A stretch of 64,000 nucleotides of DNA, taken from the NCBI GenBank assembly GCA_963714085.1, contig OY970229.1, forward strand, positions 576,001 to 640,000, in the 5' to 3' direction. The translations under genes were made by a program, and so were the position numbers. Each line of letters opens with the position of its first letter. Position 1 is the first letter of the stretch. Source of the DNA: an uncultured Candidatus Micrarchaeota archaeon. GTDB taxonomy: Archaea > Micrarchaeota > Micrarchaeia > Anstonellales > Bilamarchaeaceae. Positions 1 through 9,226 of this stretch are shown here, one piece after another. The notes under the pieces are model-generated. The model saw nothing but the letters and a program-made list of their open reading frames with translations, had not been told where the DNA came from and did no database searches.

Positions 1-17
1 CGGACAGGTACGCCGCG

Positions 18-1115
18 GTGGCCGCCGAGCTCAAAAGCAACGGCAAGGTGAGCATGCGCATGCGCGAGACGCTCGCCATCGAGGCCTGGGAGCACATCGC
101 GCACTACGACAGCGTGATTGAGAACTACTTCAGGCGCCGCCTTAAAGGCATGAAATACCCGCCCTACCTGAATCTCACGTTCAGGAAGAAGCAGGACCTG
201 CGCTACGGGGAGAACCCGCACCAGACCGCCGCCTTCTATATAGACGACCATTTCCACCAGCACGCCATAACGAACTCGAAACAGCTCCAGGGCAAGGAGC
301 TCTCCTACAACAACATACTTGACGGGAACGCGGCTTTAGAGCTGATCAAGGAGTTCGAGGAGATGCCGACCGCGGTCGTGGTGAAGCACAACAACCCCTC
401 AGGGGTAGCGTCCAACGAGACGGACATATTGGAGGCGTTCAGGATCGCGCGTTCGGTGGACCCGGAGGCGGCCTTCGGCGGCGTGTTCTGCGTGAACAAA
501 CCGGTCGACGCTGCGCTGGCCAAGGAGATGCTCACCGGTTTCGTCGAGGTCGTCATCGCGCCCTCTTATTCGAAGGAGGCGCTGGAAGCGTTCGCCGCGA
601 AGAAGAACGTCCGCGTGCTCACGGTGCAGAACATAGAGAGGAGGCGCGAGTCCTACCTGGAATATCGCTCCGTCGTGGGCGGGCTATTGGTGCAGGACGG
701 CAATATACTCCTCCACGACCAGAAATTCAACGTGGTGACCAAACGCCAGCCCACGGAGTACGAGATCGCGTCCATGAAATACGCCTGGAAGGTCTGCAAG
801 TACGTGAAATCCAATGCCACGGTGTTCGCGAGGCCGGACCGGGTGGTCGCAATAGGGGCAGGGCAGATGAAGCGCGTGGACGCGACCAGGCTCGCGGGCA
901 TGATAGCAAAGGGATTCGGGCTACCCCTCGAAGGCGCGGCAATGGCGTCGGACGCCTTCTTCCCGTTCCGCGACGGTGTGGACGAGGCGGCCAAGCTCGG
1001 CGCCACAGCGGTGATCCAGCCGGGCGGCTCCATAAGGGACAAGGAGGTCATAGCCGCGGCTGACGAGCATAATTTGGCGATGGTTTTCACCGGAGTGAGG
1101 CATTTCAGGCACTAA
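18..1115 (+). CDS. purH: Bifunctional AICAR transformylase/IMP cyclohydrolase, 5' end truncated by the window
   Basis: Motifs LRYGENPHQ, GKELSYNN, KHNNP, VKSNA, ASDAFFPF and C-terminal FTGVRHFRH; frame is open to the window edge. Confidence 0.95.
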   Translation: MAAELKSNGKVSMRMRETLAIEAWEHIAHYDSVIENYFRRRLKGMKYPPYLNLTFRKKQDLRYGENPHQTAAFYIDDHFHQHAITNSKQLQGKELSYNNILDGNAALELIKEFEEMPTAVVVKHNNPSGVASNETDILEAFRIARSVDPEAAFGGVFCVNKPVDAALAKEMLTGFVEVVIAPSYSKEALEAFAAKKNVRVLTVQNIERRRESYLEYRSVVGGLLVQDGNILLHDQKFNVVTKRQPTEYEIASMKYAWKVCKYVKSNATVFARPDRVVAIGAGQMKRVDATRLAGMIAKGFGLPLEGAAMASDAFFPFRDGVDEAAKLGATAVIQPGGSIRDKEVIAAADEHNLAMVFTGVRHFRH

Positions 1116-2011
1116 TGCTTGTGCCCTTTCCGCTTGTGGACCATGACCTTGCACATCTTCTTATTCTCGCAGGTGCAGCCTTCGGGCTCGAATTGTATCG
1201 TGGTGTGGGAGATGCCGAGGCCATGGAGCTTCTCCTCTATCTCGTCTGCCATGTCGCGCGTGTCCGCGAGCTCCACATTGTCCGTCTCCACGTGCATCAT
1301 GGCGAACACGAGCTCGGAACAGGTGCGCCAGACATGGACGTCGTGCACCCCCTTGACGCCGTCAACAGAGCGGAGCGCTTGCTTTATCTTGTCCTCGCCC
1401 GCCTCGTAGGGAGCGGACTCGAGCAGGATGGATATCGAACTCTCCAGGATCGTGTAGGCGCTGAAGAGTATCACCAGGGAGATCAGGCCGCTCACAGCGA
1501 TGTCTATCACCGGCTGGCCGGTCACGAGTATGAGGACCGCTCCGATGATGACGCCGATGGAAGATAACGCGTCCCCGGCGGCGTGGAGGAACACGCTCCG
1601 GGTGTTGAGGTTCTCCTCGTGCTGGAGGTGGTATGCGACGTAGAGGTTGCCCGCCAGGCCCACGGCCGCGGTCACGAGCATGGGGATGCTGTTTACGTGA
1701 TAGCCGGTCCCGAGCCTTCCGTATGCCTCGTATGCTATGAAGGCAGACATGAGCACCAGGAGGATGCCGTTGAAGAACGCGGCGAACACCTCCAACCGGT
1801 GGAGCCCGAACGTGCGGCTCGAGCTCGCTGCGCGCAGGGCGAGCACCATGGCGGTGAGGGAGATGCCCAAAGCAAGCAGATCCGAGAACACGTGCGCGCT
1901 GTCGCCGAGCAGCGCGAGGCTGTTGGAGTAGTAGAAGCCCACGAGCTGGACTAAGAGGACCGCGAGCGTGACCAGGAACGCCCTGCCCAGATCCTTCACC
2001 GCGTCGTCCAT
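1112..2011 (-). CDS. Cation diffusion facilitator (Zn/Co/Cd efflux, CzcD/ZitB-like)
   Basis: SLALLGDSAH, TFGLHRLE, FLHAAGD, VHDVHVW, HTTIQFE; six hydrophobic segments. Confidence 0.9.
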   Translation of the reverse strand: MDDAVKDLGRAFLVTLAVLLVQLVGFYYSNSLALLGDSAHVFSDLLALGISLTAMVLALRAASSSRTFGLHRLEVFAAFFNGILLVLMSAFIAYEAYGRLGTGYHVNSIPMLVTAAVGLAGNLYVAYHLQHEENLNTRSVFLHAAGDALSSIGVIIGAVLILVTGQPVIDIAVSGLISLVILFSAYTILESSISILLESAPYEAGEDKIKQALRSVDGVKGVHDVHVWRTCSELVFAMMHVETDNVELADTRDMADEIEEKLHGLGISHTTIQFEPEGCTCENKKMCKVMVHKRKGHKH

Positions 2012-2062
2012 GCTCGGGCTAACCAGTATAAAAATTTAAACCATATAGTTCAGAAAAATATA

Positions 2063-3529
2063 CTATAGCTCTTCGGCATACTTCTGCGCCAGCGCCATGT
2101 ACTTCCTTATCCGTTGCTTCGCGTCTTCGGACTTCGTCCCGGAGTAGTCTATGGCTGCTATCTTCGCCCGGACATTGGCGCGGTAGCATTTGTATATCCT
2201 GAGCATGGTCCTGAGATCCGGGTCCTCCGTCTTGGAGAGGTATTCCTCCACGAACAGCTCGGACAGGCCCTCCTTCCCGAACGCGTCCAGGTCCATGGCC
2301 ATGAACGCGATCTCGCTGGCCACGTCCACGTAGCGGAAGTCCTTGCTGAACTCTATGCAGTCGAAGATCACTATGCCCCCGTCCTCGAGGATGAATATGT
2401 TGGCCGAATGCAAATCCCCGTGGCAGTCCTTAATCCTTCCTTCGGCCTGCCTCCGCGCGAATAGCGTCCTGTTCTTCTTTATGAAATCGTCCGAGCGCCT
2501 GAGCACGGAATCCACCTCCGCCCCCATGCCGCACGCCTCCTCTATCGCGCTACGGAAGTTACCAAGGTCGTCTATCTGGCTTTTCACGACGTCTGCCGAG
2601 CTGTAGCCCTTGTCTTTTATCACGTCTATCCTCTTGTGGAAATCGGCAATCATGCCCGCGATTTTGCTTATGTGACTAACATCCACCTTCCCCTGCTCCA
2701 GAAGGACGTCCATCCTCCTCTCATTGGGCAGTTTCCGCATTTTCACGGCGTAATCTATCGTGCGGCCGCCGCCTCCCAGCGCAACAGTACCGTTCTTGAC
2801 CAAGGTCACCGGCACCACGTCCAGGTAGACGTCCGGCGAGAGCCGCTTGTTGAGCCTGACCTCCTCCTCGCAGAAGAGCTTCCTCCGCTCGAGCGTGGTG
2901 AAATCCAGAAAAGAGAACTTTGCCGGCCTTTTTATCTTATACACGAACTCCTTGCCCAGCAGCACCCAGGAGATGTGCGTAACCATCAGCTCGGCGTCCA
3001 GGCTCTTGCGCAGCTGTTCAATCTTCCCGTCGTTCATGCCTTCAAGAACGAACCGCCCGACTTCGTCCACGATGCCTTGGATCGGCTTCGAGGCGTCGAT
3101 GACAAGATGATCCCCCTTGACCGGCTCGAACCCTGCCTTCAACTTGAGGTATATCGCGAAATCCGCGTCGCTCGGCCCTTTTTCCCGTTGTTCCAGCCTT
3201 TTACGGACCTCGGCATCGCTCAGGCTGCACAGAACCATGTAATAATTGGCGCCGGCGTTGCGCGCCGCTTCCTCCGCCAATCGCAGGTAATCACTTCGTG
3301 AGAACGTCGCGTCCAGCACCACATTCCTGCCTTGATTGAGCAGCGCCTCGGCCTCCTCCGCCATTTTACGATAGACCGTCAGTTTCTCGTCTTCGCTGTA
3401 AACAGGCTTGGAGAACGTCCTTTTCCGGATGACGTCGCTGCTCAGGAGCTCGGCTGAGAAGCGTTTCGCGAGGGATGCGGCAATCGTGCTTTTGCCAGTG
3501 CCAGGTAGGCCGCAGACTATGATGAGCAT
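2063..3529 (-). CDS. Fusion of P-loop kinase (AAA_33/COG0645-like, N-terminal) and aminoglycoside-phosphotransferase-like domain (COG2187-like, C-terminal)
   Basis: GLPGTGKST and VVLDATF at the N-terminus; THISWV, YKIK, CHGDLH, FDCIEF, YKCYRA in the C-terminal part. Confidence 0.85.
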   Translation of the reverse strand: MLIIVCGLPGTGKSTIAASLAKRFSAELLSSDVIRKRTFSKPVYSEDEKLTVYRKMAEEAEALLNQGRNVVLDATFSRSDYLRLAEEAARNAGANYYMVLCSLSDAEVRKRLEQREKGPSDADFAIYLKLKAGFEPVKGDHLVIDASKPIQGIVDEVGRFVLEGMNDGKIEQLRKSLDAELMVTHISWVLLGKEFVYKIKRPAKFSFLDFTTLERRKLFCEEEVRLNKRLSPDVYLDVVPVTLVKNGTVALGGGGRTIDYAVKMRKLPNERRMDVLLEQGKVDVSHISKIAGMIADFHKRIDVIKDKGYSSADVVKSQIDDLGNFRSAIEEACGMGAEVDSVLRRSDDFIKKNRTLFARRQAEGRIKDCHGDLHSANIFILEDGGIVIFDCIEFSKDFRYVDVASEIAFMAMDLDAFGKEGLSELFVEEYLSKTEDPDLRTMLRIYKCYRANVRAKIAAIDYSGTKSEDAKQRIRKYMALAQKYAEEL

Positions 3530-3567
3530 GAATTTAATACCTCAGCTAAATTTATAAATCGGATTTC

Positions 3568-3855
3568 ATGGCGATTGCGAATTTCCGTCTCCACGTGAAC
3601 GTCTTCGGAGATGTCCAGGGCGTGTTCTTCCGCGCGGGCGCGCAGGACGAAGCCAGGCGCATAGGCGGCATAACCGGGTGGGTGAGGAACACTCCCCAGG
3701 GCGGGGTCGAACTCGTAGCGGAGGGAGAACGGAGCGCGCTAGAAGCGCTCCTAGAATGGTGCTCCCACGGGCCTGTGGGTGCGGTCGTTGAAAAAATAAA
3801 CAGCGAATGGCTCGCGTATACCGGTGAATTCGATGATTTCAGGGTAACGTACTAG
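3568..3855 (+). CDS. acyP: Acylphosphatase
   Basis: GDVQGVFFR and GWVRN motifs, 95 aa. Confidence 0.92.
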   Translation: MAIANFRLHVNVFGDVQGVFFRAGAQDEARRIGGITGWVRNTPQGGVELVAEGERSALEALLEWCSHGPVGAVVEKINSEWLAYTGEFDDFRVTY

Positions 3856-4238
3856 CTCTTCGCGTTCCCCCTTCTCCTCGGATCCATCTGGCCGCGGCCC
3901 TCCTTGGCCTTGTCAGCCATCTTCAGGGTGCGCTCGTCGTCCTGGATCCCCATGCCCTCGCTGTAGAGCGCCCGGGCCTCCAGGGGTATCGTTATGGTCT
4001 TCTGGTCCGTGAAACATGCTGGGCAGCCATTGTCGTCTTCCACCGCGTCCAGAAGCGCAACCATGGCCGCGATCTTGTCCGGCGTGTTCTTCGGAAGCGT
4101 GATCAGGGGCCCCTTCTTGTTCTCGATCATGTCCCTTTCGAGCTTGTTCAGCAGCTCGAGCAGCCTCATCCTCTCCGGTTCGTTGAAGCCGTTGTCCTCG
4201 AGCCATCTCTCCGCGCTTTTCTCGTACTTGAACTTCAT
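3852..4238 (-). CDS. Hypothetical protein
   Basis: Fills the gap between acyP and lig; ATG at 4238 follows a GGGTGG SD-like sequence; one CPAC motif. Confidence 0.55.
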   Translation of the reverse strand: MKFKYEKSAERWLEDNGFNEPERMRLLELLNKLERDMIENKKGPLITLPKNTPDKIAAMVALLDAVEDDNGCPACFTDQKTITIPLEARALYSEGMGIQDDERTLKMADKAKEGRGQMDPRRRGNAKS

Positions 4239-4300
4239 TCTTCCACCCGTATGGGCATTCGGCAAAGAACAAATATATACCTTATCGTTCCAATGCCATC

Positions 4301-6034
4301 ATGCTCATTTTCGGCGACGTGGCCAGGACCTTCCAGGAGCTTGAATCAAAGTCAGGGAGGCTGGAGATGACGGACATACTCGCTGGCCTGCTCAAGAAGA
4401 CCGAAGCCGGCGAGGTCGACAAGCTGGCCTACCTCATCCAGGGGCAGCTCTCACCCGCGTACGAAGGCGTCGATTTGGGCGTCGGCGAGAGGTTCGTCAT
4501 AGAGGCGATCGCCCATTCCGCGGGCTATTCTCCGGAGCAGGTGGAGAAGCACTACAAGAAGAGCGGTGACCTGGGCGCCACTGCAGAGGAGCTGCTCTCT
4601 GAGAAGAAGCAGCAGGCGCTCTCGGTGCGGGAGATGGACGTCACCTATGTATACAACGCATTCATGAAGATCGCCCGTTCGTCAGGGCCCGGAAGCCAGG
4701 AGCTCAAGATAAAGCTCCTCACCGAACTTCTGAACAACGCATCTGCGCTCGAAGCCCGCTTCATAGTGAGGTTCGCGCTCGGAAGATTGAGGCTGGGCGT
4801 GGGAGACCCGACGATCCTCGACGCATTGTCCGTTGCCACGGTCGGCAACAAGTCCATGCGCGAGCCTCTGGACCGGGCTTACAACGTGTGCTCCGACATC
4901 GGCTACGTGGCGAGGACCTATCTGGAGAGCCCCGAGAGGATAAAAGGGTTCAAGGTGCAGCCTTTCAAGCCCCTCATGCCCGCATTGGCAGAGCGGCTGA
5001 GCACGTCCAAGGAGATAATGGAGAGGCTGGGCAGATGCGGAGTGGAGATGAAATTCGATGGCTTCAGGCTCCAATGCCACAAGAAAGGCAATAAGGTGGA
5101 GCTTTATTCACGCAAGCTCGAGCGCATGACCGACATGCTACCTGAGATAGTCGAGGAAGTCAAAGGCTTGAAAGCGAAGGAACTGATATTCGAGGGCGAG
5201 ACGCTCGCCTACGATACGAAGCACAAGAGGTATTTCTCGTTCCAGGAGACCATGCACAGGAAGAGGAAGCACGGCATAAAGGAGGCGGAGAAGGAGCTTC
5301 CGCTGAACGTCTTCTGCTTCGACATCCTGTATCTGGACGGCAGGGACATGACCAACGAGCCGTATGCCGAAAGAAGAAAAGTGCTGGAATCGCTTTTCCC
5401 CAAGGGCATACTCAAGGTCAGCGAGTGCCATATCGTGGAGAAGACCTCGGAGCTGGAGAAGCTGTTCCAGGAGTCCATGAGCTCCGGGCTCGAGGGCATA
5501 ATGGCCAAGGACCTGAACGCGCCTTACACCGCTGGCAAGCGCAAGTTCGCATGGATAAAGCTCAAGAAATCGTACGGGAAGGCTGTCGACACCGTGGACG
5601 GCGTGGTCGTCGGCTACTATCTGGGCAAGGGCTCGCGCGCCGAGTTCGAGTTCGGCGGCCTGCTCATCGCGGTGCGGAACGAAGACACCGGGAAGCTGGA
5701 GACCGTCGCGAAGATAGGCTCCGGGTTCACGGAGGAGGAGATGGTCTCCCTGGAGAAGATGCTCGACAAGATAAAGACCAAGGAGCCCCCGGAAGACCTG
5801 GTCCACACCATAGCGCCGGATTTCTGGGTGCAGCCCAAGTATGTGGTCGAGGTCGCCTTCGACGACATAACCAAGTCGCCCACGCACACCTGCGGCCTGA
5901 GGGAGGGGAACGACAAGGGATACGCGCTCCGGTTCCCCAGGCTGGTCCAGATCAGGAAAGACAAGGGCGTCAAGGACGCGACCACCACCAGCGAAGTGGA
6001 GGAAATGTTCGAATTGCAGCATTCGCGCTCATAA
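4301..6034 (+). CDS. lig: ATP-dependent DNA ligase
   Basis: EMKFDGFR adenylation motif, EGIMAK, WIKLK, LRFPR. Confidence 0.97.
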   Translation: MLIFGDVARTFQELESKSGRLEMTDILAGLLKKTEAGEVDKLAYLIQGQLSPAYEGVDLGVGERFVIEAIAHSAGYSPEQVEKHYKKSGDLGATAEELLSEKKQQALSVREMDVTYVYNAFMKIARSSGPGSQELKIKLLTELLNNASALEARFIVRFALGRLRLGVGDPTILDALSVATVGNKSMREPLDRAYNVCSDIGYVARTYLESPERIKGFKVQPFKPLMPALAERLSTSKEIMERLGRCGVEMKFDGFRLQCHKKGNKVELYSRKLERMTDMLPEIVEEVKGLKAKELIFEGETLAYDTKHKRYFSFQETMHRKRKHGIKEAEKELPLNVFCFDILYLDGRDMTNEPYAERRKVLESLFPKGILKVSECHIVEKTSELEKLFQESMSSGLEGIMAKDLNAPYTAGKRKFAWIKLKKSYGKAVDTVDGVVVGYYLGKGSRAEFEFGGLLIAVRNEDTGKLETVAKIGSGFTEEEMVSLEKMLDKIKTKEPPEDLVHTIAPDFWVQPKYVVEVAFDDITKSPTHTCGLREGNDKGYALRFPRLVQIRKDKGVKDATTTSEVEEMFELQHSRS

Positions 6035-6043
6035 GGTGATTCT

Positions 6044-7486
6044 ATGGAACTTACAGGGAAATCATGCGCTATCTCAGCTGTGAAGGAGGACGTACTCGCG
6101 TATCCGGTGGCCGAAGGCGGCGCGATACCTGGCGAGCTGAAGGAGTTCATCAAGGGCATGACGGAAAAGCAGTTCTCGGGCAAATGCGGCGAGTCCTGGT
6201 CCGCGACCACGCTCGGAAAGGCGGGATTCTCAAGGTTTCTGCTGGTCGGCATGGGCAAAACAGAGGAGTTGGACCTCGACGCCTTCAGGAAGCTCGGCGG
6301 CGCTGCGGTAAGGTACGGGGTGTCCACGAAAAGCGCCAGCGTGGCGGTGTACCTGCCCAGGTTCGCGAAAATAAAGGATATGGATGCCGCCGGGGCGGCT
6401 GCCGAAGGGGCGGTGCTGGCGTCTTATAAGTTCACGAGGTTCAAGACCAAGAAGGATGACATCTATGAACTCCCGAAAGCGGTCGTCGTTTCGGATGGGG
6501 CCGAAGGCGTGAAAACCGGAGCCCTCCTGGCCAGCGCCCAGAACTACGTGCGCGGCATGAACGAGGTGCCCGCTAACCTCGCGACTCCGACCTCCATAGC
6601 GGAGGAGGCGAAGCGGCTGGCCAAGGAAAAGGGTTTCTCCTGCAAGGTGTACGGCAAGGAGGAATTGAAGAAGATGAACATGAACGCCTTTCTGGGGGTC
6701 GCCCAGGGCAGCGTGCAGCCTCCCGCGCTCGTTGCGCTGGAATACGGCTCCAAGGGGCCGCTGGTCGCAATCGTGGGCAAGGGGATAACCTTCGACTCCG
6801 GCGGCATATCCATCAAGCCGTCAAAGGGAATGCAGGAAATGAAATACGACAAGACCGGCGCGCTCGTGGTGCTGGGGGTCTTCAAGGCGGTCTCCGAGCT
6901 CGGGCTTCCGGTCCGGCTGTTCGGCGTGATGCCGCTTACGGAAAATCTCCCTTCCGGCAGCGCGCAGAAGCCAGGGGACATAGTGACCGCATGCAACGGG
7001 AAGACCATAGAGGTCATCAATACGGACGCGGAAGGGAGATTGATACTCGCGGATGCGCTCGCCTTCGCCGCGGAGAGGAAACCGGACTACATGATAAGCA
7101 TAGCGACACTCACTGGAGCGGTTATCGTGGCGCTCGGAAGGCAGTGCGCTGCAGTGCTTTCCAAAGACGACAAGTTCTGCCGGGCGCTGGAGGAATCAGG
7201 AACCAGGACGTTCGAGCGCCTCTGGAGGCTACCGCTGTGGGACGAATACGGAGAGATGATGAAGAGCGATTTCGCGGACCTGAAGAACGTCTCTGACGCC
7301 AGCGAGGCAGGGACCATAGCCGGCGCCATATTCCTCAAGGAGTTCGTCGGCGAGACGAGATGGGCCCATATAGACATAGCCGGCGTGGACATGATAAACT
7401 GCCCGCACCCTTATCTGGAGAAGGGCGCCTCGGGCATAGGCGTGAGGCTGCTAGTGGACGCGGTCTCAGGACTCGCCGGGAAATGA
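6044..7486 (+). CDS. pepA: Leucyl aminopeptidase (M17)
   Basis: VGKGITFDSGG, MKYDK, NTDAEGRL, WAHIDIAG. Confidence 0.95.
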   Translation: MELTGKSCAISAVKEDVLAYPVAEGGAIPGELKEFIKGMTEKQFSGKCGESWSATTLGKAGFSRFLLVGMGKTEELDLDAFRKLGGAAVRYGVSTKSASVAVYLPRFAKIKDMDAAGAAAEGAVLASYKFTRFKTKKDDIYELPKAVVVSDGAEGVKTGALLASAQNYVRGMNEVPANLATPTSIAEEAKRLAKEKGFSCKVYGKEELKKMNMNAFLGVAQGSVQPPALVALEYGSKGPLVAIVGKGITFDSGGISIKPSKGMQEMKYDKTGALVVLGVFKAVSELGLPVRLFGVMPLTENLPSGSAQKPGDIVTACNGKTIEVINTDAEGRLILADALAFAAERKPDYMISIATLTGAVIVALGRQCAAVLSKDDKFCRALEESGTRTFERLWRLPLWDEYGEMMKSDFADLKNVSDASEAGTIAGAIFLKEFVGETRWAHIDIAGVDMINCPHPYLEKGASGIGVRLLVDAVSGLAGK

Positions 7487-8074
7487 GAGGACGAAATAGA
7501 GCCGCTGCAGGAACGTGGCCAGGCAGAGCAATGCGGTGAGCGCGAGCAGCGGGACGACGAATTGGACAGCATGCAGCAGCATGAGCACCGGGACAATCAG
7601 CAGGAGCACGCTGCGCTCCGCGCGCTCCAGAATGCCGGGCATCCTCTTTGCAGTACTGTTATCCAAAATCCCCGAATGCTCCGCGTATGCCTTCACGAAC
7701 GAGGTCATGCAGGTTCCGAAGAAAAGGATGGAAACCAGCAGGAGCTGGGTGGCAGGATCCTTGGTGGAGACGAAAAGCGCCATGATGAGGAAGAACTCCA
7801 CGATGCGGTCCGAGATACCGTCCAGGAAAGCGCCTTTTTTGCTTGTTAATCCTTTGGCGCGCGCCACCGCACCGTCCACAACGTCGGAAAGGAACGCGAG
7901 GAGGAAGAAGGCGAATCCGAAAGGGATTCCGCCCGGGTAGAGGAACAGCACGAACCCCGCAATCGCGAAAATGACGGAAAATATCGTAATCGTGTTCGGA
8001 TGGAGCGGGACCGTGGTGAAAAGCTTGCCTAAGGATTCGGAGAACGATTTCCCGGTTCCGGTGGATTTTAGCAC
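7466..8074 (-). CDS. CDP-alcohol phosphatidyltransferase, probably archaetidylinositol phosphate synthase
   Basis: DxxDGxxAR...GAFLDxxxDR signature; directly downstream of inositol-1-phosphate synthase. Confidence 0.88.
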   Translation of the reverse strand: MLKSTGTGKSFSESLGKLFTTVPLHPNTITIFSVIFAIAGFVLFLYPGGIPFGFAFFLLAFLSDVVDGAVARAKGLTSKKGAFLDGISDRIVEFFLIMALFVSTKDPATQLLLVSILFFGTCMTSFVKAYAEHSGILDNSTAKRMPGILERAERSVLLLIVPVLMLLHAVQFVVPLLALTALLCLATFLQRLYFVLSFPGES

Positions 8075-8080
8075 CGTGGT

Positions 8081-9163
8081 TCACCCTTTGATATATTTTT
8101 CAAGCTCGGCCCTGGCCTCCGGGTCGCTCATCTGTGTCGGGGGGTGCTTCATAAGGTAGGCCGATGCCGCGACTATCGGGCCGGCGAGCTTCCGGTCGAG
8201 GGCTATCTTCGCGAGCCTTACCGCGTCGATCACTATGCCCGCGCTGTTCGCCTTGTCGTCGACCTCTAGCCGGACCTCCATGTTGTAGGGAATGTTCGCC
8301 CACATCCTGCCCTCTATACGCATGAACATGAGCTTGGTGTTGCTCAGGAACGGGATGAAATCGGACGGACCGACGTAGATGCGGTCGTCCGGAAGCCTTT
8401 GGCGCAGCTGACTCTGCACGCTCTCGGTCTTGGAGATCCTTTTGGATTGTAACCGTTCCTGTTCTTTCATGTTAATGAAATCGGAATTTCCACCGACGTT
8501 AATTTGATATGTCGTCTCTATTTTGCATCCGCGGTCATCGCACAATTTCGCAAGCGTCCGATGGACGATGGTGGCTCCGCATTGGGACTTTATGTCGTCC
8601 CCTATGGTCGGGATTTTTGCTTTCCTGAACTTTTCCGCCCATTCGGGATTGCTCGCTATGAAGCTTGGCATGCAGTTGACGAATGCGACTTTCGCGTCTA
8701 TGCAGACCTGCGCCCAAAACTGCGTTGCTTTTTCAGAACCGACCGGTAGGTAGGACACAAGGACCTCCACCCCTTTATTTTTCAATTCTTCGAGAATGTC
8801 TTTGCGCAATGTTTCAATCGCTTTGTCTGGAACCGCCACGATTATTTTTTCCATGTAGATTCCGATGCCGTCCAGCCGCGGGGACTGCATTACGGTGACG
8901 CCCCCCATGGTTGACAGTTTCGGGACCCATTTCACCTTGTTCGGCTCCGCGTAGACGGCCTGGCTCAGCGGCATGCCGACCTTCTTCGAGTCCACGTCGA
9001 ACGCAGCGACGAAGTCCAGGTCATGGATGGAATAGCCAGCTATGACCGGGTGCATCACCCCGATGACCTCCATGCCCGGGTTCTGCCTGTAGTACTCGAC
9101 GCCCTGGACCAGCCCTGCGAAGCAATTGCCAACCCCGACGACAGCGCAACGTATCTTTCCCAT
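8081..9163 (-). CDS. ino1: myo-inositol-1-phosphate synthase
   Basis: GVGNC, SYLPVGS, GDDIKSQ, QINVGGNSDF, NSAG motifs. Confidence 0.95.
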   Translation of the reverse strand: MGKIRCAVVGVGNCFAGLVQGVEYYRQNPGMEVIGVMHPVIAGYSIHDLDFVAAFDVDSKKVGMPLSQAVYAEPNKVKWVPKLSTMGGVTVMQSPRLDGIGIYMEKIIVAVPDKAIETLRKDILEELKNKGVEVLVSYLPVGSEKATQFWAQVCIDAKVAFVNCMPSFIASNPEWAEKFRKAKIPTIGDDIKSQCGATIVHRTLAKLCDDRGCKIETTYQINVGGNSDFINMKEQERLQSKRISKTESVQSQLRQRLPDDRIYVGPSDFIPFLSNTKLMFMRIEGRMWANIPYNMEVRLEVDDKANSAGIVIDAVRLAKIALDRKLAGPIVAASAYLMKHPPTQMSDPEARAELEKYIKG

Positions 9164-9226
9164 ATGAACACCACTATTTAATGAATGTTAAATATATTAG
9201 GTTTTATAATATATTCGGCTGGGGCC

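Noticed and set aside
1112..1115. Overlapping stops of convergent genes (also 3852-3855, 7466-7486, 27515-27518)
   Set aside because: Ordinary feature of a compact genome
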